DNA of 58,604 nt, filler included, from Squatina squatina (Eukaryota): NCBI GenBank assembly GCA_031763465.1. It is 3 parts of 3 records of this genome, joined end to end, with 100 filler letters (N's around TTAATTAATTAA, not from the genome) between each part and the next. Parts side by side here need not be neighbours in the genome. Positions count along the whole stretch, not along the records: positions 12,799 to 44,742 come from JARFOE010000219.1; 2 more parts are not named here. One strand, given 5' to 3'. The notes beneath the pieces were generated by a model. It made no database searches, was not told where the DNA came from, and saw nothing but the letters and a program-made list of their open reading frames with translations. Of the stretch, positions 25,476-39,697 are shown piece by piece. The position numbers were made by a program, and so were the translations under genes. The first letter of the stretch is position 1. Each line of letters begins with the position of its first letter.

Positions 25476-28400
25476 ATCCATTTGAACTACTTTTGAGGCC
25501 TCATTCTTAAAGCAAAAGTCATGTCCTAACTCAATGTACTACTCCGTGCCAATGATAAACGTTTTATCTTGTAAAGCTATTCGAGAAAGCAATTTTTTTT
25601 CCTTCATATACAGAGATTGGCTGCAATAATTCTTCCTTGCAGAAAATTACAGTCCATGTCGTGAGCATCTCTGACTGCCATCAGTGCTTGTCCTAGTTCA
25701 GAACCCAGGAACTGGGTTAGGCGAGATGATAGCTAGCCGCCTTTCAGCGTCTTCTCCCCCATGGTGGAATGACTTGCTTCTCTGCTGTGCCGTTCCACTC
25801 AGCAAGCTGACCAAAACCTGATTACTCACTTTCAACACTGCACTAATATGTTTGTGCACATGATAAGCACACTGGAATAGTGGGTTGGTGTGAGTGAAAA
25901 CATTGCATGCTTACAATGGGAAGGGTTTGCATTGACAATGCAAATTCAATGGTACAAAAGGCAAGTATAATTGGTGCAATGCCAAGTAGGTCTTCTGAAC
26001 TGAATAGAAACAGGGTGTTTCACAATAATTGTATTGAAACTGCCTTTCTGTTTAGTTTGCTGTTGCTGAGCGGCTCCAGACAGGGAAGGCACAAAGTGGC
26101 ATCTGTCCAGAATCCAAAGTTTCAAGAGCAGGAATGAGCTGTCATAATTTTCTTGGTTTTTCAAGAGTGAAAAAGGTTTGTTGCTGGGAGATTTTAACTG
26201 CATTTTAATTCATAATCTTGGACTGCAGCCTTTTTAAATTGGATAAAACAATTATGTACTAGTGCTGGCTGCATTGTATACTTCCTTACAATCATTCGTC
26301 ATTAAAATTTTACACAGTTCCCTGCGTGCTTTTAATTATTTAAGAGTCCAGTTTAATGACTTTTTTTGTAATTTATCCAAGTATTAATGTCTAATCAGCT
26401 ATTCCTCATCTCACACACACAGCCTGAAGTACATAAACATTACACAGATGGCCTTTAATAAGGAATCCAAGATGAGTTATTACAGTGTGCTGATATTCTC
26501 TGCTATATACAAGGTAGCATGCTGTGAAAGAACATTGGATTTTCTGAGCAGAAAATATTGACTAATTTAAACAAGCTGAAATTAAAGTGATATCTTTTGC
26601 ACCAAGGCAGCATTTTAATTTAACTTAAATCCTCATTAATTAAAGTAAAACTATCTTCTGGTGATTGTAAATGTACAATTAACACTTCATATGGACTCAA
26701 AATAAGTTACAAGATTGGTTTGTGAAGGTGTAAAGCTGAGAACTTTATGCTTCCTCCTCCCTCCCATGTCATGCAATTTTGCCAGTGGCAATAACTAGCA
26801 GAAGTTTTATTTTCAACTGGTAAGATGTCAGAACCTTATCTTGGCCAGGCATACATAAGTATCGGGGTGCAGTCTATTCCTATTAAGTTGATAATGTAGA
26901 GATAAGGGCTTAAAGGAGCAATGCTCCCTACTTTTATTTTACGGAAGTAAAGACATGCTATTTCAGAGTCCTTTTAAAAGGGTCTGTTTAAATGTACATT
27001 TTTAAAAATTATTTTGTACATGCTTCTTCGGATAGGGTCAAGTAAAATGATGAATGGAATAACTAAAAATAATTTTAATCATGCACAACTCATTACTAAA
27101 ATCACATTTGGAATGAGGGATGTAATTTTCAGGCATCTTACCTTCAAAAAAAAAAGTCAGTGGGAAGTTCCTCATGGCTTGTCCCGCTTGGCCACCATGA
27201 CTTCAAACTTCCACTGAAGTTATGCCCCTGGAGTAGGAGAAGCCCTGAGGAAGTTCACCTACATCGTATTTGGAAAAGTTCAGAGATGAAATCAGGTAAG
27301 TCCAGGGCTTAAGGCAACAAGGTTTACAGGTACAATTGGTCTCAGATTAGTATCAAGAGTATGATGTTTTGCCTGCAGACTGCAGTTATACTGGCAATCA
27401 CACAACCCTCAGAGAACAGCAAGGTCAGCCATAAAGGAATACTGCTTCGACAGATATTAGGAGAGAGGGTGAACGTGCATCCATTCCCTCATAACACTGA
27501 AATTATTCCATGCAGAGTTTTAAAAGTTCCCAGTCAGTCCTATCGACCACCTTGGCACGTCTAAAATAAGCTTCATACAGGGTTGAAGTTGTACTGCAAG
27601 TGGTACACACTCAGATCACTAGGGTATCGCACAACAACAACAACTTGTATTTCTACACATTACAAAGCTTTAGTGGACTTGGGCATCAGATTGAAAACTA
27701 ACATCTGTGTTACACCATGATTTTCATGTTGATACACATCCAAAAGCCTTACAAAAATGGCAGTATAACTGCACCTTTAGTTGTGGAGAGGGATTCTGAG
27801 AACTGAACTTGATTTCATTGAAGAGAAGGGACACAATTCAGGTCTTTACAATTTAAGAGGGGCGTGAATAATGTGGTTGCAAGCAGCTTATTTATCTTGG
27901 ACTGCTATCATGGCAGGACCAATTACACATGATCTGTGGAGGCCTCATGCTTGATGGAATAAATTTTATGTTCTTGCACAGCTCTTATTACTCAGTCATT
28001 GTGTGGTGTTCAAGCTGTAGTATCTTTAGCCAACCATGTGGTTCTGGCCACTATACTTGATATGAGGTATCTTTTATTCAGCAGGGTAACGTTTACAAAG
28101 TTGCACTACATCATCTTCTATAGCAGAGTTAAATTGCACTAATTTGCTCTGGTTGCCTAACTTTAAACATTACATTTCATAAATAAAATTAACCTAAATG
28201 CTGCATGGAAGACCATATCTATATTGAGGTTCATTACAACACTTTTAAAATAAAATCCACGGACAGATTTTCACAGCTGATCTATGTTCTGTCAGGCAAA
28301 GGCATTCACAGCAGTGACAAAGCAGACAGTGAAAGGGCCGCGAGGGGTGGTGCTGCGGTAGAGCTGGGTGACAGTGTTTTTTGATGTCGCTGAGGGCTAC

Positions 28401-28578
28401 ATGTAAATGAGAAATAGGAGGGGGCCAACATGACATCATTTGAGAGTGGGGGGTGGCCGTTGCCTCTCTTACAAGGCTNNNNNNNNNNNNNNNNNNNNNN
28501 NNNNNNNNNNNNNNNNNNNNNNNNNNNNNNNNNNNNNNNNNNNNNNNNNNNNNNNNNNNNNNNNNNNNNNNNNNNNNN

Positions 28579-30180
28579 CCACCCCTCACACACACAGTCA
28601 CACACACGTTCACACGCATCATCACACACACGATCACTCGCAGCATCACACACACGTCACACACACGTCACACGCACAGTCCCACACACAGTCACACGCA
28701 CCATCACACGCACCCTCACACACCGTCACACACACCGTCACGTGCACCATCACACACCGTTACACAAACTGTCACACACACCGGCACACGCACCGTCACA
28801 TGCACCATCACACACACCTTCACACACACCATCACAGGCACCATCACACACACCGCCACACACAATATCACATGCACTGTCACAAGCAACGGCACACGCT
28901 CCGTCACACGCACCGTCACACATTCCGTCACACACACTGTCACACGCACCATCACATGCCTCTTCACACGCACCGTCACATGCAACATCACACACACCGT
29001 CACACACACCGTCACACGCACTGTCACACACACCATCACATGCACCACTACACACACCTTCACACACCGTTACACACACTGTCACACGCCTCATCACACG
29101 CACCATAAAACACACCATTACACACACCGTCACACGCAGCATCACACACACCATCACACGCACCGTCACAGACACCATCACACAAACCATCACATGCACA
29201 GTCACACGCACCATCACACGCACCGTCACACACACCGTCACACGCCCCATCACACAAACCTTCGCACACCATCAAACACACCATCACATGCAACTTCACA
29301 CAAACCATCACACACACAGTCACACACACCGTCACACGCATCATCACACACACCATCACACGCAGCATCACACACACATCACACACACGTCACACGCACA
29401 ATCACACACACCGTCACATGCATCATCACACACACCATCACACGCACCATCACACACACCTTCATACAGTCTGTCACACGCACCACCACACACACCGTCA
29501 CACAAACTGTCATGCGCAACGTCACGCACACCGTCACACACACCATCACATGCACCATCACACGCACCAGACACACACTGTCACACACACCGTCGCACTC
29601 ATCATCACACACAATGTCATGCACACCGTCGCACACACCGTCACATGCACCATCACACACAACGTCACACACATCATCACAGGCACCATCACACACACAC
29701 CACACACAATATCACACGCACTGTCACAAGCAACGTCACACGCACCGTCACATGCACCGTCACACACACCGTCACGTGCACCACTACACGCACCGTTACA
29801 CACCGATTCACCCACCGTCACACATCCCATCACATGCAGCTTCACACACCGTTACACGCACCATCACACGGCTCATCACACGCACCATCACACGCCTCAT
29901 CACACGCACCATAAAACACACCATTACACACACCGTCACATGCACCGTCACACGCACCATCACACACACCATCACACACACCATCACACAAACCATCACA
30001 CGCACCGTCACACGCACCGTCATACGCACCGTCACATGCACCGTCACACGCACCATCACACACACCATCACACACACCACCACACAAACCACCACACGCA
30101 CCGTCATACGCACCGGCACAAGCACCGTCACACACACCGTCACACACCATCAAACACACCATCACATGCAACGTCACACA
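28579..30180. repeat. 12-bp minisatellite (CACACACCGTCA/CACGCACCATCA)n, gap-bounded on both sides
   Basis: Directly visible; explains the long His/Thr/Ser-rich ORFs on + and Cys/Val/Asp-rich ORFs on -. Confidence 0.97.
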
Positions 30181-33100
30181 NNNNNNNNNNNNNNNNNNNN
30201 NNNNNNNNNNNNNNNNNNNNNNNNNNNNNNNNNNNNNNNNNNNNNNNNNNNNNNNNNNNNNNNNNNNNNNNNNNNNNNNNATTAAATGTAAATATACACT
30301 TATGCTTCTAAACAGCTATATATGTCAATGTAGTTTTCTTCAATTTTCAATGAGAATTGTGATTGGTAACATTCCAGAGCAGTGTGGAAGGTGGTTGCTG
30401 GCTTAACAAAAACATGAAAAAATGGTCCCCAGCAGCCTACTAATGCAAGGTGAGCATGTCATTACGCATCTGGTTGTTACCAAATTGCACACTTCATAGA
30501 TATTGTCAGTAGCCTGATGAATTGGTTTGTACCCTCCTCCAGCAAAATCTGAGATGGTGGGATATGGAAAGGCCTCATATGACTTGCATTACCCCTATCC
30601 TGTTACTTGCATGGTATACTCTGGTGAAAACTTGGTGGAGGACTGGACACATGGGTGCATCTTATGGAATCTGGCCCCTGGGTGCCACATTTCCAGTGCC
30701 TGATACTCTGTCCTTCTCAACTGAGGAAAACAACATCCTTTTATGATTCAACAGTCTCTTCCGCTGAAGTGGGTATAGCCTTAGAATGAGTGCCATGGAG
30801 CTCCTCGAAGGTAACTCACTCGTGGATATGAGAAGGTCATTCTTCCATTAATGACTTTGAACCAAAATGAATAGTTTCCCCAAAATGAGTGTTTCAGTCT
30901 CTGTAAAATGTAATTGCCTTGGCACTGCAGCTGTAGTCTCCACTTTAAGCCTTTTTACAACTACCAATGCATCAAAGCACATTAATCAGCATGGGTCAAG
31001 TACCTTGTTCCTGCTTGTTGAAGTGAGTGATTTAAATAATTCTAATGCATTTCTGATTGGGTGCTGAAATTTACCAGTGGTGTCAAATTAAACTGCTTCT
31101 TATTGAAATTTGCACCATTCCTGTTTAAGCGGTAAGCGAGCGCACTTACCACTGCATAACTGTCTGTTATTTAATATGCTCAATTCAGGATATTACTCCT
31201 GTGGTTTATTTCAAACTTCTAAGTGCTAATGACTTAAACTAATAAGTGCTATTAAAAAGCCTTCAGCACAACATAAATTTTCCACAGCAGTAAAGTTTTC
31301 TGTGCGAATGGTTAACAGAGTTGGTTTTTTCCTGACTGTCCGAGTTTCATCTGGGCATGTTGACAACATCTCCGCGCTCTGGTCATCAAATGAGTCTCTC
31401 AAATATGATTTAAGTGTAGGACAGGAAACAACTGTGAGCATCAGAAATTACAGGCAGTTTGTTTCAAAAATAGTTGTTTATTTTAACTGCCACACACACT
31501 TGCAGTCAAGTAATGGTGTATGTAATTTTTTTTTGTTGAATTTGTACTTGGGAAAACCTTTTTGAAGCACTGGTTGAATCGCTCCCCACCCCACAACAAA
31601 AAAATGACTTTATTTTTAAATGTAGGCCTAAAGTGAATATGCATTTGGGAGTATGGTGAACCTTTTCATATTTTGTTTCTAACAAAGGCATATAGCAGAC
31701 TTGCTTGTGTGCATTTATTCTGCCAAATAGGAAAACAGCATTCAATCAGGAAAGAGCCTTGGGTACTGCTGTCATGACAACTGCACCATAACACTCGATC
31801 TGCTGTCATGGTGACCTTGATGCTCTGTTCATTATTCCTACATACAGTGACTGGTCCTTATTACGAGTGTAAAGCAAAATCATGTTAAAGTACAGGAAGG
31901 GATTCTTTGTTCCAAAACACATGTAAACAACTGTAATCTGTGATACATTCATTCAACAAATTAGGTGCCAAGTAATATGTTGAATCTGCCGTTTTGCTGT
32001 TCTTTGCTACTTTGTCATAATGCAGAGCAATAATACATGGATAATTAACAGATGAACAATTGGCAGCACCCTAAAACCTTCCTCAAGCTAGAAAAAGGCT
32101 TTTGTTGAATTCCAGTCGTAATAAAAGGAATGCATATACTGAATTCACATTTAGTAAGCAAAACAAAGTTTTTAAGTTGGTAAATAGTATGGCTTCCCTC
32201 AGTTTTTTCTCTCTTAACTGACCAATTTTCCAATTATTTGTTGCTGCTGCTTCTACAATTTTTTTCAATGTCATATATATTAGTTATATTTTCCCAATGG
32301 CGAAGCTTGCAAGAGATGTACCAGGAATTTCACCCACCAAACCTTGGCCTCTCCCTCCTCTTCTACTGATGAAGCACCTCACCTCTGCTTGATACTTTTC
32401 CCATATATAGCAGAGCAGAAATTGCCTGGGGTATTGCAGCAGAAACTCTTGACCCACCATAGCATCCTCTGGTATCAATCTATTGTAAAATAGCTTAAAG
32501 TCGAGTCTCAGAGCACACAACATTTGGTGCAGAGATGCTACCGTTCTTAGTGGCTTTACTAATCTTGGTGACCCTTTATCGGGCCCATTGTCTAAACTGA
32601 TCTATCTGATGTACAGCATATGAATTGGATTAGTAATTTCCTCTGACTGTGCAACCCAATTAACTGACTCTGCGATTGCACAAAATACAGAAGCAGTTTT
32701 CCTTATTTGGACTTTGCCTGCAGAATATTTGTTCCTGTTCAATGAATCCAGTCAATCTGAGGAAAAGTATGCACATAATGTGCCAAATACAACAAAATGG
32801 GGACCTCAGAGAATTGTCGCATTGCCATATTCAATTTAAACCAGCCAACAAGTGACAGTAAATGGTGAATAACTAAAAGAAGGGTATTATATAAAGTTGT
32901 TCAACCTCAGCAAAATACACAAGATGAACTGATTTCTGTCAAGATGACTATGAATTAAGTGATGCACACTCTACATTGACTGCTGCTGCAGTTTTGTGAT
33001 GATTCTGATTGCAACCAATTTAGAGGGAGATGCACACTCCGCTGTCTATGTGGTTGGGCTGCATGGGTGGGAGTTGAATGCCAGATTCGTTGGATATGTG

Positions 33101-33229
33101 TGTGAACAAATCACCTAAAACTGCAGGATCCGTGTGACATTGCTTTCCATTGTGGGCATTATTTCCTCACAAAGTTGGTGAGCTTCAAAACAGTCCATCA
33201 AATGGCTGTTGGTAACAAGATAACCAGAG

Positions 33230-33955
33230 TGATGTTTGGGGGAGGAGGTTGTTCAATAACGTTTCAATAGAGGGCCAGTGAAACACTTTTAAAGAGAAAT
33301 ACATACCAAGAATCAACAGGCTCAGCCTAAACAAGTGTGGCCTTAAATGGAATACTCAGCAAATTAAAAGGAGTGGTAAAGAAGAAAATGACTGCTATAA
33401 ATCTTGCAGTGTGAAAGAAATGGTTCATTGGGATGACTATAGGAAATGCAGAAATATGTTAAGAGGGTGATCAGAAGGCCAAAGAGAGACCTTGTTAAAA
33501 AAATGTCAGCGCTATAACAGTAAAAGCTCTCAAAAAGGAAGTGAGAACCATATAAGATGAAAACGGGCTTGAAAGTGAGGAGCACCACAAAATAGCAAAT
33601 ATTCCGAATGATTATATCCTCCAAGTATTGAGAAAGAATCGCAACATGATCTCCCCCTAACGGAGATAACCAAAGTTAAATCAATGACAATGAAATAAAT
33701 GACATAGAAGTCTTAGACAGGCTAAAGTAGTTCAAAACAAATAAATCTCCAGTGATAGATGGTACTTATTCCAGAATACTGAACTTAACCAAAGAGGACA
33801 TTTGCGAGGCATTGAATAGTGGGGAGGTAGTGCAGATTGGAAGCAGGGAGGAATGTAGTGTCCATATTCAAAAAAGGCAATGGAACACACACATGCAAGT
33901 ATTTCCATTCAGTATAAAATATTGGTATCAATTATCAAGGGCAAATTTGGTGATT
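33230..33955 (+). mobile_element. Ancient degenerate CR1-like LINE
   Basis: Remnant ..taaatctccagtgatagatggt..tattccagaatactg (KSPGxDG..PRIL-like) and VVSIFKK motifs. Confidence 0.5.
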
Positions 33956-33964
33956 TAAAAAAAT

Positions 33965-34410
33965 GTATTCATTCACAGTATATGTGCATCACTGGCAAAA
34001 CCAGTATTTATTGCCTATCCCTAATTGCCCTTGAGAAGGTAATGGTGTGCCACCTTCTTGAATCACTGCAGTCCTTGTGGTCAAGTTACTCCCACAGTGT
34101 TGACTTTGTTGTAACAGTTTGGTACAACTGAGTGGCTTGCTTGGCCATTTCAGAGTCAATCACATTGCTGTGGGTCTGGAGTCACATAGAGGCCAGACCA
34201 GGATAGCAAAGGGCATCAGTGAACCAATTGGGTTTTTCCTGACAATCTGGTAGTTTTGTGGTCACCATTACTGATACTAGCTTTTTAATTCCAAATTTAT
34301 TACTTAATTAAATTAACTGAATTTATAATTCCACCAGCAGCTGTGGTGGGATTTGAACTCAAGTCTCTGGATTACCAATCCAGTAACATAACCACTATGG
34401 TGCCATACCC
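33965..34410 (-). mobile_element. tRNA-headed SINE with LINE-derived 3' tail
   Basis: Reverse strand head catagtggttatgttactggatt..gagttcaaatcccacc; its tail matches 49525-49633 in the opposite orientation. Confidence 0.7.
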
Positions 34411-34737
34411 CTCTACCTGTATTGTATCGCCGCAATAATCGAGTAAATTATAGTCAATGTGNNNNNNNNNNNNNNNNNNNNNNNNNNNNNNNNNNNNNNN
34501 NNNNNNNNNNNNNNNNNNNNNNNNNNNNNNNNNNNNNNNNNNNNNNNNNNNNNNNNNNNNNCGGGCCAGCGGTGGGGTGTTGTTGACTACTCTTAAATTA
34601 ATGTGTAACAGAAATGCTGCTATAGTAAATAGTGATTAGAAGTTTGTAGTTTTTCCAGGTTGGTTAATGTCAATTTAAGGTTCTTTCACACAGTTATACA
34701 TTACTAATTATTTATATTTTAATCTCTTTAATTTCAG

Positions 34738-34876
34738 TTTCCTGAATGTGGATTCTATGGGATGTATGATAAAATTCTCTTGTTCCGTCACGATTCAAAC
34801 TCAGAAAACATCCTACAGTTGGTGAAGGCTGCTACTGATATTCAAGAGGGAGATTTGATTGAAGTTGTCCTGTCAG
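34738..34876 (+). CDS. PRKD1: Protein kinase D1, exon equivalent to exon 2 ([46 protein letters not shown])
   Basis: 139-nt exon with tttcag acceptor and gtactg donor; FYGMY and [14 protein letters not shown] favour PRKD1 over PRKD2/3 as I recall them. Confidence 0.95.
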
Positions 34877-35689
34877 GTACTGTAATGCAATTATACAACA
34901 TAACTTGATTTCAATTTAATACATCTGGAACTGATTTAGGAAAGATCTGCATTGATAACTTCTGTTCTAAAGCAACTGCCAGTGGAAGTCACTGGTGGTC
35001 TACTCTCTTAAGAGGTGTCAGCCATCATGGAAAGATTCTGCAGAACTATTAGGCAGGGCTCACCAGAATCATATTCTTTGAGAAGCTGCAATGCAAACCT
35101 GCCTGACAAGATAATAAGGAGGCCTTGTTAATACAAAGCCTTTCAGCCTATCTTAATTCATCCATCCAGAGAGATCCTAGCATCCCTCAACTGCAGCATC
35201 CATTTGTTTCTTTAATGATTCCAGGGTTTTTGCCTCTACTGCTCCATCCTGACCTTTTATTAGTTTGAATATGTACCCGCTAGTTCTACTCCTGTAGTTT
35301 AGATTAAAGTAATATTCTCAACAATTTTTATGCAGACCTTTTTCACATTCAGATCTATTTTGTTCTCACCTCAGGTTTATGCTGCACTGATTAATTGTGT
35401 TTGTTTGTAGTATTTTTAGTTAGTTTGGGAAGCATATTTTTGTTGAGCAATGATTGATCATTCCTGTAATGAATGGACGCTCTTACTGATACTTGAACTT
35501 CCGCTCATTTAATGAGCATTTAAGGGGCTACTGAAGTATTTTAGATACATCATTATCTGCATTTGGTATTGTGCAACATTTCCGGTGATGTAAGCTTTCA
35601 TTATTTACTGCAACCATTTTACATTTCTTGTAGAACACACGTTATCAACAATTCATGAAATCATTTTCAAAAGAATGGATTTGAAATAG

Positions 35690-36207
35690 GATAACTTTTG
35701 CCAAAATGGTGACAAAAAAACTGAGGCAATTATAGACCCATCAGTCTCATATCAGTACTGGGGTTAATAATGGAATCAATGGCTAAGAGTGAATATGATA
35801 ATCACCCATAAATAACAGTCAGTACAAATTTAGAGCAGGCAGATCGTGCCTGAGCAATTTCTGTGACTTTGAGGAACTGGGACTGTAGGTGGACCAGGGA
35901 AAGTTCTGCGATGTGAGCAATTATCAACATTGCACATAAAAGGGTATCAATTAAAGCTTAAAATGGCAGAGGTTCAATAAGAACATAGCAACACAAGTGG
36001 GCCATTCAGCACTTCGAACCTGCTCTGCCATTCAATTAGATCATGGCCGATCTGTACCTCAATTCCATTTACCCACATTATTCCCATATTTCTTGATACT
36101 CTTACCCAACAAAAATCTATCGATCTCAGTCTTGTTCCAGCATCCACAGCCTTTTGGGGGAAAGATTTCCAGATTTTTACTGCCCTTTATGTGAAAAAGT
36201 GCTTTCT
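35690..36207. mobile_element. CR1 fragments (RT piece on +, 3' end on -)
   Basis: ggcaattatagacccatcagtctc (GNYRPISL) and the CR1-type tail ggccattcagc..ccattcaattagatcatggccgatct. Confidence 0.65.
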
Positions 36208-37179
36208 NNNNNNNNNNNNNNNNNNNNNNNNNNNNNNNNNNNNNNNNNNNNNNNNNNNNNNNNNNNNNNNNNNNNNNNNNNNNNNNNNNNNNNNNNNNNN
36301 NNNNNNNTACAATTTTAGGGCCGTAACCACTCCAATTCCACTCGAAGGGCCAAGTTAAAGTCATCGCTAGTGTGTTAGCACAAGCAAGCTTGCAGCAGTT
36401 ATCGGTAGTGCTAAAAAGCATATTCATAAGAACTGAAGACTCTGAACTTCTGACATTGTTCATGATTTACATTTTCGGAGTTCAGGCTCTGAAAACACTT
36501 TTTTTTAATGTTGAAAGAATAAGTATTTATCTTGGCCAGTAACTATATTTACCAAAAAAACTCCCACAAAATCCAGACTAAAACTTTGCAGTAATTGTTT
36601 CCTTTAAACTGATTGGTTATTTTAAGCGCTTTCAGTATTAGATTGGGTTTACAGTCATTTTCAAGTTAATGTTTAGACAAATGTGAAATACATTAACAGT
36701 GAAAGCTCCCAGTGGAGCTGAGAAATTTAGCAAATAGATTCTTTACAGAACATTTAAATCTTGAAAAATAGGACTTTAGTTGNNNNNNNNNNAAAACAAG
36801 CAATTAAGTTACAGTCTTCACATAAAAAAAATCTTGCTTGTCAGTATAAAGTAATTACTAACACTGGCACTATAGCTCCTGGGGATGAGAGATGTCCTGA
36901 TTAATCAACATATTGTAGACTGTCATTTTGTGTAATTGAGGCTTTCAGGGTTTGGGAATGCAACAGATTATTCCGTTGAATAATCAGCCTGTGTTTACAT
37001 CAAAAAAGCAGCAAGTAAAGTGGAATACAACCACAACAGCGTCTAAGAATGGGCTAGTTCAATCTTGGGCACAACAACAAACATTTTGTCCATTAATTTT
37101 TTTGAAAAAGGAGAGGTGTAAAATAGGGAAAAAAGAAAAGTTCAAAAACTATGAGGCAGTAAGAATTCCCTGCATGATG

Positions 37180-37470
37180 CATAGGAACAAGAGTAGGCCA
37201 GTCTGCTCCTTGAGCCTGTTTCACCATTGAATTAGATCCTGGTTGATCTGTACCTCAGCTCTACATGGCTTTGTTCCACATGCCTTGATACTCTTACCTC
37301 ACAAAAATCTATCTAACTCAGTCTTTAAAATTTCAATTGACCCAGCTTTTTGGGGGAGCAAGTTCGGGATTTCCACTACTCATTGTGTGAAGAATTGCTT
37401 CCTAATTTCACTCTTCAGTGGCCAAAACTGAACGCAGTGCTCCAGACGGATTCTGAGCAGGACTCTTTAC
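37180..37470 (-). mobile_element. CR1 3' end fragment
   Basis: cataggaacaagagtaggcca..ccattgaattagatcctggttgatctgtacctca..aaaaatctatc, same family as 35980-36207. Confidence 0.7.
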
Positions 37471-37879
37471 NNNNNNNNNNNNNNNNNNNNNNNNNNNNNN
37501 NNNNNNNNNNNNNNNNNNNNNNNNNNNNNNNNNNNNNNNNNNNNNNNNNNNNNNNNNNNNNNNNNNNNNNTGAAAATAATGAATGGGACCTTTATTAAAC
37601 ATGCCAGGTTTTCTAATGCTGGATACTGCTCTGGCACATTTTGTAAAGGTGTCTTTATGAAAGTTCTCATTATTCTGATGATAAGTAAAACTTTATAGAT
37701 GTCTAGAACGCTTAAAGAAAAATGAATTGGGATTTAAGGTTTCTTTGGACTGGTATCTGATATTGGTCATTTTTTGTTTTAATACATTATAGTTTGATGT
37801 ATAAATATTTTCATCACTTGTTTCTACTGTATGCAACTTTAGTTTTGACACAAGCCAGGGAATGTTTTCAGACAACCTG

Positions 37880-38029
37880 GGCTAGAAATTCATCTTGGGC
37901 AGTGATGTGAAACGGACAGTGTCGCTCAGCTGCCCGTTATACGCAGCATCTGATAGTCAGTTCCATTGCAGTCAATGCAACTGTATCAGGCAGCCGAGCC
38001 AATGCCACCCGAGACAAATTTCTAGGCCC
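37880..38029. mobile_element. MITE with Harbinger-type ends and candidate CTG target-site duplication
   Basis: ctg|ggctagaaatt ... aatttctaggccc|ctg. Confidence 0.7.
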
Positions 38030-39395
38030 CTGTTTCTTCAAGACTACATCACCTGAACCTTCCCCTCCACTGTGCATTACCACTCTGATATCACTCCCCA
38101 AATCAGTATTAGGAATCATAACATACATGTATATGGGCACCAGAGCACCTGTGCCAAACATAAGATAAAGGCGCCAACATACTAATGCTTGAATTCATTT
38201 AGCTATGCAGAACATCAGTGGAACTGACAACAGTGTTATCACATTTGAAGTACTGATGGTTGTCTTGAGCTCTTACATATTAGTTAATTCCTTGGGGTGG
38301 GGATAAGAAGGAGGGATGATAGCAGTGGGCAAGACAGAGTTGGTGGGAACATTGCTAGTTCAGCCTAGTCACAACTATCCATCTTGACCAACAGCTTGTA
38401 GAGTTGTTTGGCAAGAATCCTTAAAATTACTGTGAAGAGAAGATTAAGGCTCCCAATGTCCAGAATTACCTGATGCATTTTGATAACACCCACTTGTTCT
38501 AGGGTACATAGTTTAAGAAAATGAACAGACCATGAAGGCCCTTCTTAGCTTTGTCCCAAGAGTTGCCAGGCTTAGAGTCTTAGACTGTGGATTTAAGAAT
38601 AAACTGCTTTTTTGGCCATCAAATCATCTTTTCATCAGGTCTTGTATGTCATAATATATGAAAAGGGCAGCACAGACTGGAAATACCTCATGTGAGCAAA
38701 TAGACTTGCCAAAATCAAACAGGACAGTTTTGAAGGGCCTAGTATGTGAACATTTATCGGAGTGTGCAGTCTTTGAATGACTTAACAATTTCAACATTTG
38801 TGCAGCAAATAACAAAGACAAACCTTATCCTAATCAGATTACTGGAATGTCTCAGTTTGGTTTGCAAGTTCTTTCTCTCTAGCTATTAAGAATCTGTCAA
38901 AGAAATAATTTAACAGTTCTGGCTTGTGTAACCTTACTCATGTTACCATAGTTACTGCAGTATGAAGACTGAAAATTAAAGATGGTGGTGGGGGAGAGAG
39001 ATACTTAATAGTATAATCCCAAATGATTCCTAATTGTAGGTCTTAACTCCTTATTTGCTGAATTATACATGTTATCTCTAAATTGTATCTATCTCAAATA
39101 CTATAATTGTAAAATAAGCAGTTGTTTTGTTATTTTGTTAGGATTTAGATAACTGTATGTAATAATGAAAAGCTGTAATCAGTAAATAAAGGGAAAAATA
39201 TATCAAGACAAGGTGAATGAGAATAAAAGTGGTTATCCTTAAAAGATATCAGAAAAACCTGCAATGTTTTTAAACCAGGATAATTAACAGTGAGCTGGGA
39301 TTATTGTCTGTATACAAAACTCAGTTGTGCCAATACATATCAAGGGACCAGAAATTACTGGTAAAATAATCGCGAGTTAATGGCACTCATCATTA

Positions 39396-39697
39396 ATGGC
39401 CCCTCCCTATCTCTGTAAACTCCTTCAGCCCCACAACCCTCCGAGATATTTGTGCTCCTCTAATATGCCCGATGTTAAGTGCTACACCATTGGAAGCCAT
39501 GCCTTGAGCTGTCAAAGTCGGAAAGCTCTGGAATTCCTCCCTAAACCCCTCCCCCTCTTTCCTCCTTTAAGACACCCCTAAAAACCTACCTCTTCTGCCC
39601 GTGATCAGTGTCAAATTTAGTTTTACAATGCTCCTTTGAAGCGCATCGGGATACTTTACTACATGAAACAAGCTATATAAATACAAGCTGTTGTTGT
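39396..39697 (+). mobile_element. L2 LINE 3' end
   Basis: APPYLCKLLQPHNPPRYLCSS..ctctggaattcctccctaaacc..ctatataaatacaagctgttgttg. Confidence 0.75.

Noticed and set aside
28430-30311. Longest ORFs in the track (His/Thr-rich, up to 610 aa)
   Set aside because: Frame-independent products of a CA-rich minisatellite, and they start or end across N gaps
30400-31160. Possible decayed DNA-transposon interior
   Set aside because: No motif or terminal repeat I can support
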